Shown here one piece after another: positions 31,962-32,000 of a stretch of 32,000 nt of DNA (within the stretch, counting starts at the first letter, position 1; every line of letters starts with the position of its first letter). Under the pieces are notes generated by a model. That model searched no databases, had not been told where the DNA came from, and saw nothing but the letters and a program-made list of their open reading frames with translations. The translations under genes were made by a program, and so were the position numbers. Origin of the DNA: an uncultured Acidobacteriota bacterium (GTDB taxonomy: Bacteria > Acidobacteriota > Vicinamibacteria > Vicinamibacterales > UBA2999); contig CAWBMG010000002.1 of assembly GCA_963789815.1 (NCBI GenBank), positions 65,997-97,996 on the forward strand, written 5' to 3'.

Positions 31962-32000
31962 CACAGCACACTCAGGAAGTTGACGAGGTCCTGCTTTTCA
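31961..32000 (-). CDS. 3' end (12 codons) of an upstream gene; C-terminus ...EKQDLVNFLSVL resembles c-type cytochrome / dihaem peroxidase tails
   Basis: My own translation of the minus strand 31999..31964 gives EKQDLVNFLSVL, then TGA at 31963..31961, which shares one base with the next ATG (TGATG). Too short for a firm call. Confidence 0.3.
   Translation of the reverse strand, partial: EKQDLVNFLSVL

Noticed and set aside
1-32000. Search by eye for transposase, integrase or recombinase genes, terminal inverted repeats, CRISPR repeats, and tRNA/rRNA genes that could explain the gene fragments
   Set aside because: I recognised none. The relics at 5674, 13732 and 20.2-22.1 kb therefore cannot be attributed to a visible mobile element in this window.

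Overview
High-GC bacterial chromosomal window. The gene content looks like a soil Acidobacteriota-type organism: a CarboxypepD_reg-type TonB-dependent receptor, a PSD1/DUF1553 + DUF1501 pair, DoxX, and a sensor kinase with an SBP-like periplasmic domain. This taxonomic call is an inference, not a search result. I can support about 30 protein-coding genes. I found no rRNA, tRNA, CRISPR array, transposase or integrase.

Layout from left to right:
- DUF1501 (partial) and PSD1 on the minus strand.
- Two divergently transcribed sets of uncharacterised secreted and membrane proteins around an AT-richer control region (4.8-8.6 kb): tandem DoxX, two paralogous 4-TM proteins, a DUF6152-like protein, and a 311-aa 'WEGDTLVV' protein plus a 69-aa C-terminal-only copy of it.
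- Gfo/Idh/MocA oxidoreductase and an MFS transporter.
- A lower-GC SAP-like gene and a SAM methyltransferase.
- ilvE, preceded by a candidate Val/Leu leader and hairpin array.
- A stand-alone PP2C phosphatase downstream of a 743-aa class-III aminotransferase fusion.
- A phytase-like esterase.
- A tightly coupled BON / 68-aa / 97-aa-TM / aldehyde dehydrogenase operon that abuts a decayed wHTH-AAA regulator.
- A tail-anchored AAA+ ATPase behind a low-GC spacer.
- FAD monooxygenase, a CMD-family protein, a sensor histidine kinase, a TonB-dependent receptor, a small wHTH-like protein and an OmpA-like secreted protein.

Two window-wide patterns stand out. At least six conserved genes carry single-nucleotide frameshifts, which means either assembly error or pseudogenisation. 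There are also several gene relics or fragments with no visible mobile element to explain them.

I cannot prove a novel system from sequence alone. The best candidates are the mirrored DUF6152 / WEGDTLVV / 4-TM / DoxX modules, the aminotransferase-fusion + PP2C pair, the tail-anchored AAA+ ATPase, and the putative ilvE attenuator.
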